A stretch of 64,000 bases of DNA from the human T2T-CHM13v2.0 reference genome, Homo sapiens: the NCBI RefSeq assembly GCF_009914755.1, contig NC_060933.1, one strand, 5' to 3'. The notes under the pieces are model-generated. The model searched no databases. It was not told the origin of the DNA and was given only the letters and a program-made list of their open reading frames with translations. This document shows, one piece after another, positions 31,511 to 44,668 of this stretch (position 1 is its first letter; every line of letters starts with the position of its first letter). Made by a program: the position numbers and the translations under genes.

Positions 31511-32259
31511 ATGTTTAAATTATATCATTCAATCTAGTCATAAGAAAATGTTCATAAATTCAAATAATGAAATTCATGGATTTTTTGAGGGAATATCAGA
31601 CTTGTGTTTCTTCCAAAAGTTTCACCTTGCTAATATTTGCCTTAAGACAACAAAATTTTTACTGAAAGAGCAATCGTATTAATCTACATTACTACTCAGT
31701 GGTGGCCCTCTTTGCCTTCTTTGTAAATAAGAAAATATTCCATGGTCCCTTATTTTATCCATGGACCAGGAAACCTGCCATCCATTTAACAAACTCACTC
31801 CATCTTCTGCATGTCCAGGTGACACTGTATTTTCTATACAGAAACATCAAATGAGGAAAATTTACATATTAATAAAGTATAAAAGAAGTTAATGTAATAT
31901 TGTTCTTTGTCAACTTAACACAGAAACATGTTTCCCAGAATCTAATTTTCCAGGTTAGCATTGGCTATAAAAGACACATTTCATTGTATTAGAAGCACGG
32001 GAAAAAAAGCAGGAGCCATACTTCTTAGCTTTGAAGGTTGGTAAAAGGTGCCAGGCCCTGCGGCAACTTGTGTGTGTTGTCACTAATCTGTTACCTCCCC
32101 TGTTTAGTGAGGGCTGCATCCAGAACCCCAGCTTCCCCAGCTCTAACCTGATCTCCTACTTTACCTTCTCCTAATGCTGAGTCAAACGTCAACTCTGATG
32201 AAGTGCACCAGCTTCTTCTGAGAGTCACTCATGCAACACTGAATTCCACTTCCAAAGGC

Positions 32260-32875
32260 CATGTTACCTACCAACAGTGGAATAGCCAAACTTCCAATGG
32301 GAGAGACCCACACTGAGTGTCTGATAAGACACCATCACCTAAAAGATCAGCCAGGCACCTTTTAGCAAGTTAATTACATTGGACCATTTCCATCATAGGA
32401 AGCACACCATTTCATTCTTATTCCAGATAAAGATTTTCCCTCCTTGTCTGCATTTTTTTCTTGCAAAATCATCATTCTTAAACTTATAGAATACCTTAAT
32501 CGCTGTCACCTTATTGCATACAGGATTGCTTCTGACCAAGAAATTTATTATCTGACCAAAGAATGCTGAATAAAAAATGAAATATAGCAATGAACTCATA
32601 TTCACAGGATTAACTGATATTACCATGTTCTCCATCACTCTGAGAATTGTGTAATGGACTTCTAAAGACTGTTAAAGCACCATTTGGGAGGCAACACCTT
32701 GAAAGTCTAGGGTATTTAGGATGTTACATAACTTCTAAATTAGGTCGCCCCACCAGGCAAGAAATCATATACACCTGGGTTGCTTGCTGAGCGCAGACGT
32801 AATAAGAAATGGCTAGTGGAAAAAGAGATACTCATAAATAATGGCTATGACCACAAAATGAGTTGCAGAAAAAAA
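32260..32875 (+). pseudogene. ERVL pol integrase and C-terminal fragment
   Basis: 'caagttaattacattggaccatttccatca' is the degenerate (W)QVDYIGPLPS integrase motif. 'attgcttctgaccaag' encodes IASDQ, and the pol 3' end is 'gcttgctgag...tggctagtggaa...gaccac...agttgcagaaa'. Confidence 0.75.
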
Positions 32876-33009
32876 ATGATCACCATGGGTCATCTTAATC
32901 ACTTTATTATTAAGAACATCTTCTAATGAGGTATCTTTTTGCTGAGAATTCACATGCAACATTGTTTTCATGTTTTGTGCCCATTATGAGTATTTACTAT
33001 TTATTTTAA

Positions 33010-33640
33010 GATGGGTAGACTTAAATCACTTGGTGACTCCGATTTCATCTACTTTTCCAATTATGATTTCATTACGTGAGTAAATCAACATATTTCTATG
33101 ACACTTTGTATATAGTCACTGAGCTGTTGGGTTTTTAAATGAATTTGTCTGATTAAGGCATTCCATAGGTTTAAGAATCATGATTTTGCAAGAAAAAAAA
33201 TGCAGACAAGGAAGGAAGATCTTTATCTGGATTAAGAATGAAATGGTGTGCTTCCTATGATGGAAATGGTCCAATGTAATTAAATTGCTTTTAAATGTAT
33301 TTTTTTTTTCCATTCCTGCTAGAAAAGAAAATCAGAAGCAGTTTTATTTCACCTGGGAAGATTAGCAATATACCCTCACAGTCCTACCTCTGTGCTATAT
33401 CAGCTCCTCAGTCCTGTAATACACTAATCTGCAGGGATATCAATAGCTTTTCCAGCCTATGGGATATCACACTATTTCATTACATTGATTATATCATTTT
33501 GCATGGACCTAATAATGAGGAAGTAGCAACTACTTTAGAAACTTTGTTAAGACAATAGAGTTCTAGAAAATAGAAAGTAAATTTCACAAAACCTCTAAAG
33601 CTTGCTATCTTGGTGACGTTTCTATGGGGCAATTAGTCTG
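33010..33640 (+). pseudogene. ERVL reverse-transcriptase fragment, interrupted by an inverted insertion at 33151-33289
   Basis: ORF 33295-33558 ends DITLFHYIDYIILHGPNNEEVATTLETLLRQ, comparable to HERV-L DITLVHYIDDIMLIGP..QEVA.TL. Upstream 'ttccattcct...cagaagcagttttatttcacctgg' corresponds to the FSIP..QKQF.F.W region. Confidence 0.78.
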
Positions 33641-33649
33641 TAGCTTCAT

Positions 33650-33822
33650 GTTCTTTTTCTATTGCTACTGTACAAATTACCACAAACTTAGTGGCCTTAA
33701 AAAAAACAGAATTTTATTATATTACAGTCCTGTGGGGCAGAAATCTGATATGGCTCTCACAAGACTAAAATCACTGTATTACTAGGTTACATTCCTTTCT
33801 AGAGGCTTTTGGGAAAAATCTC
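33650..33822 (-). mobile_element. MLT1C/D-type LTR fragment
   Basis: 'attgctactgtacaaattaccacaaacttagtggccttaaa...cagtcctgtggggcagaaatctga...ttcctttctagaggc'. Confidence 0.75.
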
Positions 33823-36139
33823 TGATATGGTGGCATTTGTGAAGAGACCTGAAGGAAGTCAAGAGTCAAAGCACATTGATACTTCAGTAATTGCAGTTAG
33901 ACAAAAGGAAAAAATAAGCACCAAGGCCATTAAGCAAGAACATGCCTATCAAGTTTGAGGAACAGTGGACATGTTCGCGTGTAGTGGCACACAGTGAATA
34001 GAGGAGAGATGTACGGGAAATGTGTGAGGAGTAGATCTGGGAAAGGGAGTGTTGGCAGAGAATGTCGGGTCTGGATTATTATATAGAATCTTATTTTCAG
34101 TGAGATAGGGGAGGGGCATTAGAGTGATTTTGACACATGAATGACATAACCAAAGATTATATTCCTATAAGAAAAAGCAACATAAGAACAATTTATAAAA
34201 TGAATAAGATCAAATATGAGTACCTGAGAAATAATCCAAGAAATGACTTATTTATATGTAAATAGCCCTGAAAAAGATAACAGAAGGCTTGTTTTTATGA
34301 CTGAATTTTGTAACTATTTATTTATGTGACATGGGATTTAATCCATGTAATGAATAGGGTGTGTGTGCAATGAGAAATACAATCTTTACCAAAGTAATTA
34401 GTAAACAAAGTCATCTGAACCCCAGCCAAATATATTAAAGCCTCTGACATCTCTTTTTATCCTTCCCGGCTTATTTCAAAATTAAGTAAAATGTATCTGT
34501 AGTTGCAATTTAGTGATTCTTTTCCAATAGTCCTGCACAGGAGCCAACAGATAATATCTCTCTCAAATGAATGCAATGATTTCTGTAGCACTCTCTTTAC
34601 TCCCTTGGCTAGATTTACCTTCCCATTGAACTAACTTTATCCATAGCAAGCCTTCAGTGAAAGGAAAGCCCAAAAATTCTGAGCCTGTTTGGAACCTGAT
34701 AATTTTCTGTGCATATAAAATACATATTTTTAGAATGTAAGAAGAGTATATTTATTTTTTAATTTAAAGCTGAAATTTTGAGGAGATTTTAAAAGGTCTG
34801 CAGTCTTTAAAAGTCCTTTACTTTTTAAACTTCTGGCATTTCATTCATAGTTATTATTTATTTGACTTTGACTAAGAAGTTAGTAAAGGTTTCAATCTCA
34901 GGTTATAATAACCTATATTTTAAACTTGAAAAATGTACTATCCCATATAACAGGGTAGAGCCACAGTGTAATAAGGCTGTTACTTTAGCAAACTTACCAG
35001 ATTTAATACATTCATAGGAATGGTGATCATTTCAAACCATTCACGTTCAGAAGATGTTTTGATTACAGGGTCGTTACCATTATTCAAAACACTAAAATCA
35101 TTCCATTCTTCATTGATATACTCCTTTTGATTAAAGGACCTCACTGCTTTGCAGTATAATTAAAAATATTCATGGAACAATTACAGTGTGCCAAGTTCCT
35201 TCCTAAATACCAAGAATATAAATAAATAATATAGATTTAAACATTTGCTCAGTACTAGTGACTTTCTAGGTGCTAATCTATTCATCCAAAATACAAATTC
35301 CTTGAGGAACCCAACAGTAGCTGTTATCTCTTAGTGTATCTGCCAAGACCTAGCCTCACCTCTTGGTTACAGTAACTATGTAGTTCTATCAGTTCAAAAT
35401 TAGCAACATCTGGTCAACAAAAGAGGTGACATTCCTTTATAAATAGTGAGAAAATACTTTTACAAAGCATACAAATGTTATTTTAGAAGCAGAAAATTTT
35501 TGGTGACAATGTTCCTCAGAATAGTCTATTTTAGCCACGCTTTTGCCAGACTTTGATAAATCTACTAGTATTGGAGCATGAGTGAACAACCTGCTATTGC
35601 CAATAAGTCTTTTAAGTTGGCATTTTCCGTGAACTCCACAAGAAGGAATATGGGGAAAAAAAGACATTTTTATATCACAATTTACTTTATATCATAATCC
35701 CAAAGAACAGTTCCCAAGACAGTTATGTTGATGGCCAAAATATCAAAAACAGATTATAACTTTAGTTAAATTCTAATATCTTAGTTCCAATGTTTTCCTT
35801 TCTTCATTTATATTTAGTGGGCTTGAGCATTCACTTTCTAATAATGCAATCAATATACCATATAAACTCATTTCCTATGAGAATTCATCCATTTTTAACG
35901 GTCGTAACCAGTGATCTGTGAAAAAATAGCGGTAAAATATATCATATAAAATTAATATCATAGAAACATTTATTCCTCCAAACTTTAGGTTATTAGTAGT
36001 TTGTACTGATTACAAATAAATCTACTAGGAACATTCATAGTGTTCAGTTTTCTGTGTGTATAAATGTAAGTTTTCTTTATTCTAGAGAAAATTTCTGGGA
36101 ATGAGAATGTGGATTATTTGGTAAATGTGTGTTTAGTTT

Positions 36140-36631
36140 TGTTAGGAATAATGCTCAAAATCCTATGGAAATTGAACACTCGAACAAACGATTCTTAGCA
36201 AAGCAATTTTACTTCTGCGCAGAGGGGTGTCTCCTTGGCCACTTGCCATGGGAGCACACCTGAACAAAGGGGCACGAGAGCCTTTATTCCTGACGCAAGT
36301 TCTGCCCCTGTGCCGTTTCCCCATTGGCCGGAGTCAGGTCGTACAACCTAAACTAATCCCTGTTGGCTAAACATTTGATTTTTTTTGGATAGGGTGGACA
36401 CGTAAAAGAAAGTGGAGAGGAGGGGGAAGGGGTGTCTGTAATGAGCTAGAAAGTTAGTCCTCTTTCCAAGTAAGGAAAGGAATGTGAGCTGGTATTGATA
36501 ACACCTGGTACTGAGGCGTGCCTGGGCATCTAACAAGGCAAAAAGGAAAAAGGAGAAAAAGGCGGGGCGGTACTACGAATTAAAGAATAAAAGATTGATC
36601 AGATTACTTGAAGAAAAACCTCATCATATCC
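36140..36631 (-). mobile_element. Solo ERV1 LTR, LTR15-like, inserted in an old L1 fragment
   Basis: Begins TGTTAGGAATAATGCTCAAAATCC on +. The minus strand starts GGATATGATGAGGTTTTTCTTCAAG. 4-bp TSD GTTT at 36136-36139 and 36632-36635. Joining the flanks restores L1-like 'gtgtgtttagttt/cataagaaact'. Confidence 0.75.
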
Positions 36632-36649
36632 GTTTCATAAGAAACTTCA

Positions 36650-36653
<4 letters not shown>

Positions 36654-36697
<44 letters not shown>
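36654..36697. repeat. (GT)22 microsatellite
   Basis: Direct reading. Confidence 0.97.
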
Positions 36698-36700
<3 letters not shown>

Positions 36701-36779
36701 TGTGTTTGTTTCCAGAGTGGCTCTATAGTTAAAAGGGTTCCTTCAGGACTTTGGAATATAGAGTGAGATTTTTACTTTT

Positions 36780-37020
36780 ATTTTTATTTGTCTATTCTCA
36801 CTGACATTTCTAAATTGTGGGCTGCTCTAGGACCCAGGGCAGAATAGATACAAATATTACTGAAGACACTGTCCACGGAACCACCCCTAGACAGTTCATC
36901 TTCCATTTATTTTTTAGACTATTCTGATAGTTGCTTTATGTGTTATACTCAGAGTTTTAGTTGTAATTAGTGGGAGAGGTCTGGTGGAATGTGCTTACTC
37001 CATCTTGACTGGAATCAAAA
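36780..37020 (-). mobile_element. Ancient L1M 5'-end fragment
   Basis: 'ttagtgggagaggtctggtggaatgtgcttactccatcttgactggaa' resembles the antisense 5' terminus of old L1M families. Confidence 0.5.
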
Positions 37021-38889
37021 TCATCAGCCAAGACCATTTATGTTTAATACCCATGCATCTTGAGAAACTCTTGCATTTTAGAAAGTCAATCCAATCATGG
37101 TGAGAGCAAACTGGTGGTAGCCACTCTATACCTCAGTTTCTGAGAAGGAAACATGTTTCTAGCAACATATGTGTTCCAATGTCTCACATTACAGGAGGAT
37201 TCTATGTTAGCAGCACTGAGCACTATGTGAGTGTATCAAGGGCAGAATAGGATTTACTTTAAGAATGAAAACAAACTTCCACATGGCTGTCTTTTTTCAG
37301 CTCTGTACAAATTCACAATTTAAAATCCCATTTAATTGAACTGAGAAAGCGCCAGCCTCCCCACCCACATGCCCAAAAGCCATTCTGCTCACACTTTCTT
37401 GTTTGGAGCACTATACTTTTATCCCCTGCTTTGAAGGAACTCACAGGACATCTGTCAAATAACCCCACAGAAGCTTTACACCAGGGTGTTGAAAATATTC
37501 TTTTTAAAGAATCTGTTCCAAAGCCACAACATTTTAAAATTAGCATCAGTAACTCACAGTGCATTGCCATTAATATCGATTAGTAGAGTTTAATTTGTTA
37601 AGGTCTCACATTAGCTCCTAATGACTATATATTAACTAAAAGCTAGTAATTTATGCACACTGATGTACCAGACACTGATCTCTTTTATAACTATAATTTA
37701 TTCCTAGTAGTTTTATAACAAGGTAGTTATTTGATATAATTACTTATATATAATACACACAAATACTGGTGTTGATTATAATTATTACATGAGAAATAAA
37801 AATAAATTTGCTTGAGTTTCATAAAAGACATGTATATAATAATGTTAAGAGGACTCTACCAAAACAAAATTAAATGCTTTTTCAAAATAAATTATAGACA
37901 AATTGAGATCACCCCATACATCTAAATGTATGTTTATGTTTGTCTTTATCTTACTGAAGTTATACATCATCATTCATGTGTTAAAACAGCATGAAGGACG
38001 AGGAATAGTTTGGCTTTCCAAGAGCTGAAAGGAACATATTTCTTTGGGAACAAGAAAGAAAAGCATTGGTTGAGGATATACCAGTTGCTTATGTGATATT
38101 CTTTTTCAAGCACTTATGTCAGTATAATGTTACGGCTTACAGAAGTCAAAGAAGATATTAAAGATCCCATGAAACTGTTCCAAAGAGGTCAGTCTACTAA
38201 TGTGCAGTTAGGTAATAACAATGAGGTTTACCACGGAATAAAATCCATAAGTAGTCTCTTTGCTTGTTTGAATCCATAATGCAGCCAACTTGAATATGAA
38301 AGGTTTTGCTCTATCAAAGATCATGTTTACATGTTTATTTTACGTGAAAATCACATACTATGTCACATTTCTCCTCTAGTAGTACTCTGTGAGTATATCC
38401 TTCTCTAACGCAACGAAGCAGAAAAGAGAAGATTTGATCCAGTGTACAAGGAACTTATCCACAATGTTCCAACTGAATTCAATGGATACTTCAGAAAATC
38501 CTTGAATGTGACTTTAAAAGGTTTTCTCTCTCTCTAAAAGGAAAATTATTGATGCTATGGAGCTAGAAGCAGAGATTACAGAAGCTCATCCATCACTTTG
38601 ACATCTCTCTTTACAGAATAAGAGAGGGTTATGTAAACTTGTGCACACACATACATATTTACACACATACTGTAGGTAAAATTTCACTTATGAAACAACA
38701 AATATCTAGAAAATGATAATTTTTAATTAACCAAACATACAAATAATAACTTTTTCTGTGAATAGTCAAAAATGAGTTAAAATCAACACTGGCTAGAACC
38801 TAACCATTGTGATCTCAAGCTATTTAAAGAATGATTCATCTTGTGGATAAGTCTAGAAATAAAACACTAATGATGTGATAGTGATTAGC

Positions 38890-39262
38890 CAGCTACTATT
38901 ATGTTTGGATCTCTGCCTTCATGGTAATTGAAAATATTGTTCTTTCTTGATGCTTATAAGTTAAACATGGTCATCATATGTCTTGCTGTTGTTAATGAAA
39001 TGTAAGTGGAAGTGACAAGTGTTGCTTCTAGACAGAAGCACTAAATTGCTGGTGCTAAACTTTTCTTCCTGTAATTCAACAATATTGAAAAAGTATATTG
39101 ATATAGAAGGGCAGTGCTAAATAATCACATAGAACTTACAGAGTCATCCAAACCTGTAGAGGACTTTGTGTCAGGCAGGAATAAGCCTTTATTATTTTTA
39201 AGCCACTTAGATTTTTGAAATTTCTTGTTACTGAAGCAAAACCTATCCTATCCTGACTAAGC
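38890..39262 (+). mobile_element. MLT1J/K-like LTR
   Basis: 3' end 'aataagcctttattatttttaagccacttagatttt...ttgttactgaagcaaaacctatcctatcctgactaa'. Confidence 0.6.
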
Positions 39263-40699
39263 CTATTGACAGTGTGGAAATAAGAGGATTAGCATTTATT
39301 GAGTGAGCCTAGTACCGTGTAAGAGGTTTTCAAAAGATTAGTACATTACTCTTCATAATAATCTATATAAGGTTAATATTATCCCCATTTCAAGAATGGA
39401 TTTTCAAAACAAATTTGTCACATGTGCCATTAACTGCAGTGACACACTCTCCAACTTCATTTTTGATAAGTTCCATCAATGGGGTGGATGATGTGGTTTT
39501 ACACTTTGTAATTAAAAAAAAAACTGCCTGAATAATCAATGACCATCCTTATTCCCTACAATTCTCTATTTAACTTCTCTAAATTTGCAAAGAAGTGGGT
39601 TATCTCAAGATAAATATATAAGTCTACTTCCATCCTCATATTTGTTGTTTTTATCTGAACCTGTTGCTAATTATTGGAAATATGCAAGAAATATACGTGA
39701 TTCACAAAGACAAACAGATCCAAGTAAATAACACGTCTTGCATCTACCCAGTAATCTCACATATTCAACTCAAGTTTATGGAAAGGGCAATATGTTATAC
39801 TGGTTAGGCACTGGCTGCTGTGCTCAGAATAGCTGTTTCTAATCCAGACAGCCATGTACTCACTTTATGATTTCAGGCAAGCTTTCCAACTTCCCGATGT
39901 TTTGATTTCTTCACTTTGAGCAGTGATGCTGAATAAAGTTTGTGAGCAGGTTAAATAAGATAATCAATAGGAAGAGCTTAAAATGCAGCTTGATATATAA
40001 GAAATGGCCTATATATTGAATATTATTATATACTGAAGGGAGAACAAAAATGACATAATATGATAACTTTTTTGAGTACTTGCAATATGCTAACAATAAG
40101 TTTAGCACTTTTTCTAAATTATATCACTACATTTTCATAACTCTGAGACCTAGCTGTTCTTACACACAGCTTAAAGATGCGGTAACTTGCATTTTGAAAT
40201 GGTAAGTAAGAATTTGATCGCTGTTCTAGTTGACTTTATCTCACCCCAGAGTCTATTTTTTACCCTATAGCAGTCCCCAGTGTGCATAAAAGAAAACAAT
40301 AAGATACAGGCCCAGGGTCTCAAGAATGTTATCAGGCTGATGTTAAAACAAGAAAAAATAACATTACAATACATTATGTGCTACAAGATATGTAAAAATG
40401 AAGTGTTATGAGAGTTCTGAAGAATGACCTTGACTCTGAATGAAGCAGATGGTTTCATGTAGAAAGAATTTGGAATTTTAGCAAGCTTAGAAGATAGGTG
40501 GAATTTTGACAGGTGCAAAGGATGCAAGAACATTGCTGGAAAAAGGAACAGCAAGAAAAAGTATATTGCAAAAAATGTACAGCACATATTAAAAATAAAG
40601 CTAGGAGACTTGAATTTGCGAAAGCATTTTCAAAGTAAGTGTGACTACAATTTTTCCCAGTAAACGATGACATAATTCCTATAAGCGACTATATTTGTT

Positions 40700-41187
40700 G
40701 TCTATTAGTGTGTAATCCAGATGTTAGTAGCTTAAAACAAATGTTTCTTTTTAACATTTTCTACAGGTCAGGAATTTGGAGAGACTTAGTTGGGAGATTT
40801 TGGCATAAGGTCTCTCATGAGATTGCAGTCAAGTTGTGGGTCTGTGCTGCAGTTATCTAAAGACTTGACTGGGATTACAGGGTATATTCTCAAATTGGGT
40901 CACGTAACCTGTTATCAGGATGCCACAATCTCTTGCCACATGGGCCTCTGCAGTGGGCTGTTTGAGTGTCCTCACAACATGACAGCTGGATCCCCTTAGA
41001 TTGGGTGATTCAAGAGACAGCAAAGTGGAAGTCTCAATGTTTTCTTCTTATCTAGTCTCAAAAGTCACACACTGTTATTTCTTCAATATCCTCTTCAGCA
41101 CTATTCTTTGTGGGAGGGAAATATCCCGAGGTGTGGATACTAGAAGTTGGAGTATCACTGAGGCCATCTCAGAAGCTGGCTACCACA
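40700..41187 (-). mobile_element. MLT1F-type MaLR solo LTR
   Basis: 'ggtcaggaatttgg...ctctcatgagattgcagtcaag...gtgtcctcacaacatgacagctgg...gaggccatctcagaagctggctaccaca'. Confidence 0.82.
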
Positions 41188-42702
41188 GTTATCCATGATT
41201 TTAAAATAAAATCATGTGCCTTAGTTAAGCACAGATTATTATAAGAAACCAAGAAACTGTCAGAAATCATACTAAAAGGGTTACCTAACAAGGACATCTG
41301 TTCTCACAAACTCACCCAATAGACTGAGATCAGAAATATCTAGTCTTCTCTTTTACATATCTTTTTCTCAAATCACCTTTCTCACTAAAATTTTAAGTGA
41401 TACAATTCTCCCGAATCATTATAAACAATTTGTGGTATGACATGCTACATGTCTTAGCCTAGCACTTTCTCAAATCACATTTATCCCAAATTATCTTTTG
41501 TTCAACACGAAGCACATGTGAAGGGTAGGAGCTCACCATGTTTATCAGGTACCAAATTAAACAGGAAAAGTTGTCAGAAGATTCATTTAAGGACAATCAA
41601 GACCCTTTGCTTGAAAGAAAGGAGAAAAAGCCAGTGCTGGTTCTTGGTGCCATTCTGTTGTGAAAACTAACTTATTAAATAGCCAGGTAATGAAAAGAGG
41701 CAAAAGTTAGACCTGTCTTTCCATAACCTAAAAAATTTGAAAATAAAGCAATCTGGCAGCTTTCACTTTATAGATTATTTTCTATTGCTCCAGTTTTAGT
41801 TAATGTTCTCAAACCATAGCTGTTTCCTACTGCTTTATCTGGCCTCTCGCTTTTATTGGTCCCAAGTTCAATCAAATGAACTGCTGAAAGTGAAATCTTG
41901 AACAAGCTCATCTGCTGAACAATGAACTCAAAACAAGCCTAGAGCAGCAAACGGGATTTTAATTGCCTACGGCTATTTCTCTAGTGCCTTGCTCTCTAGG
42001 TGTCTGTGTGACAAGAGGCCTCAAAGAATTCAGAATTGTGGGACAAAATGCATAAGCACAAACGGTAATCATCCATGACCTTGATCTTGCTTGCATGTCT
42101 TTTCTAGTCCAGGTAATGCTACTTAACACAGTCTCCTAGAGGTATTAAGAGATTATAGACTGCCCTCACTTCAGAGAGCTCTTGAAAAGGCAGAGGGGAA
42201 AAATAATTACATTATCCTTGCCATTATTAAGCACTTATTGAATGCCACCAGAGGGCTAGGCATTATAACAGAGTATCCATTTTGCACTCATTAGGAAATG
42301 CATATGCCTTTTACTTAGAAGTATATTAACACCATTGTTCTTTCTGTCACTTTTACTCTCATTTCCTATTGAATCTTTTGGGACATCTTAGGTAGTAAAG
42401 ACTCATTTGGATTGTCTTTCTAGAATGAACTTTCATCCTCCTTGCCTGTTTATCCCAGTTGGGAAATATGTCTATTCCCAGAAATGATCTCCCTCCTCAG
42501 CCATTTCTATATTGTCAGAGGGCAAGGATTCAATTCATTTCCAAATAGTTGAATGGAAAGAGTAAAAAGTAGCAGAGACGAATAACTATTTACAGCACTT
42601 GCTTCTGCTTGGCCTCTAAAGCAGTTAATATTTCAAGGGAGCCAGTATGGATCCTTTAATGGACCAGGTACTTTTGTATGAAGTACTTATATACACAATG
42701 CT

Positions 42703-42988
42703 GGCCTGAAGTGGTAGCTCATGCCTGTAATCTCAGCACTTTGGGAGGTCAAGCCAGGAGAATCTCTTGAGGCCAGGAGTTCAAGATCAGCCTTAGCAAA
42801 ATAGTGAAATTCCATCTCTACAAAAAGAAAATCAAAAAATTAGCCAGGTATGCTGGTGTGTACTTGTAGTCCCAGCTACTTGAGAAGTTGAGGCAGGAGG
42901 ACTGTTTGAGCCCAGAAGGTCGAAGCTGCAGTGATCCATGATCGTGCCACTGTACTGCCACCTGGGCAATGGAGTGAAAATTTCTCTC
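42703..42988 (+). mobile_element. AluJ-type element without poly(A) tail
   Basis: Dimeric Alu with J diagnostics ('ttgaggccaggagttcaag', 'ggaggactgtttgagcccag', 'catgatcgtgccactg'). It ends 'tttctctc' with no tail. Confidence 0.88.
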
Positions 42989-44199
42989 ATCATTCCTCAC
43001 TGTTTTCCAAGTGTTTGGCATTAAGCATGTTTTACCTTTGTAATTTAAAAAGCAATAAATATTATTAAATATGATTATGTACACGTAATGCCAGTGAGGT
43101 GGAAAAATGCTCCTACGTTGCAGATGATGAACTTGAGATATAGCTATTTAGAAACTTTCCCAAGACTATGTCAGCAGTAAATAATGAAGGCAATTTTAAC
43201 CTCTATTGTCTAGCATAAAGAGTAGACTATTTCCAGTTTTCAAAACTAGTAGAAATATAGCAAAAGAAAAAAAATAGATAATTAAAAAGTTTCTACCTGT
43301 AATGTTAATATTGAAGACCATGAACACTGTATGTATGTATATGATTCTGAATTTGTAACGACTAAAATGGGGTGTGTTTATTTCTTTATGAATATTATAA
43401 TTATTGAGAACAAGGGAACTTCCTAACACATATACAATGATACAACACATCATGAGGTGTGACAGGGCTCACTATCTGAGGATAAATGTATATAAAGCCT
43501 AATTACTTCTTAGGTTTATATGAATTTCAAACTCTAAAAGAATACTCTCAATTTTTTTTTTACTTTTTTGTTTGAAAGAATGTAACTTTAAAATCATTTT
43601 AGATGACAAAAATAATTATTCAAGCATGATAAGCATTCTCTCCTTTAAATATGCACTTGTAATAGTTGTCCCAACATTTTTACCAACTCAGAATAAGATG
43701 CCCACATATTTATTCTTTTGTATTTAATATTATATTATATACTACAAAAATATACATAACTAGCTTTCACAATTATTTATTTATGTAACTGCATGATATG
43801 TCATTGAACAGCTTACTAAAATTGACTTTACCATTATTTAACTATTTTACACTTAAATATACTGTGCTTTGCAATTATGAATATTGTTGAAATAAATATC
43901 AATTGGCATATATTTCTTTCTTTTAAATTTTTTTCTTAGGACGTATTTCTAAGAATAGACAAGAGATAAGAGTATTTATTTTACATGATCATATTTAATA
44001 ATGTTTATTGCTTTCTTTAGTTACAAAGGTAACACATGCTCAAAGTCAAACATTTGAAAAACACTGAAGAATTAAAAAAAATTAAACTATTCATTGTAGT
44101 ATATCCTGATGTTTTTCCTCTCTAGTGTTCTTTCCTACCTTTGTTTCTACCTAATCTGGGGTGAGGAGAAATGGCTTTTACAACACTTACTGCATATGC

Positions 44200-44668
44200 T
44201 TCAGATGGGCTCAACTCTCAGCTTCCGAGACACAGCATGTAACCCAAGCTGATGAATCAACAGGATACATGGTCCCTAAACCATTCTGATAAGCTCAGGG
44301 GCAGGAACTAGTGGTTCATGCAAAGTGAATCCTGGAATTTATGTCAAAGCTACTGGAAAGAGATGCTTTTCTTTTTCTTTGTCCCTGGATTTAATCACAA
44401 GAAGACAGAAACTTGAAGCTACCAGGGACTATCATATGCAACTTAAGGAACAAGAGACGAGAAACAAAAAACCCACATAGCAGAAATAGAGCTGAATACT
44501 GAAGAGAAATAAAATTATTCTCACATTGTTTCAATGCCTGGATCAATCTCTGCTAGGAAACAGACTTATCTCTGGACTTTTTAGTTACATAGGGAAATTA
44601 AATATTCTTTTTGGTTAAGTTCTTTTGAGTTGAGTTCTGTAACATGCAGTGTGAATTCTGACAAATAG
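44200..44668 (+). mobile_element. MLT1K-like LTR
   Basis: 'tgcctggatcaa...tctggactttttagttacat...aaatattctttttggttaagttc...tctgtaacatgca...ctgacaaata'. Confidence 0.6.

Noticed and set aside
38409-38537. Protein-looking frame RNEAEKRRFDPVYKELIHNVPTEFNGYFRKSLNVTLKGFLSL
   Set aside because: Bounded by stops, no ATG, no convincing splice sites and no recognised homology.
41194-41216. Perfect 10-bp hairpin CATGATTTTA-AAA-TAAAATCATG (similar small ones near 10020 and 49216)
   Set aside because: Short and AT-rich, so expected by chance. Intrinsic terminators are not relevant in this genome.
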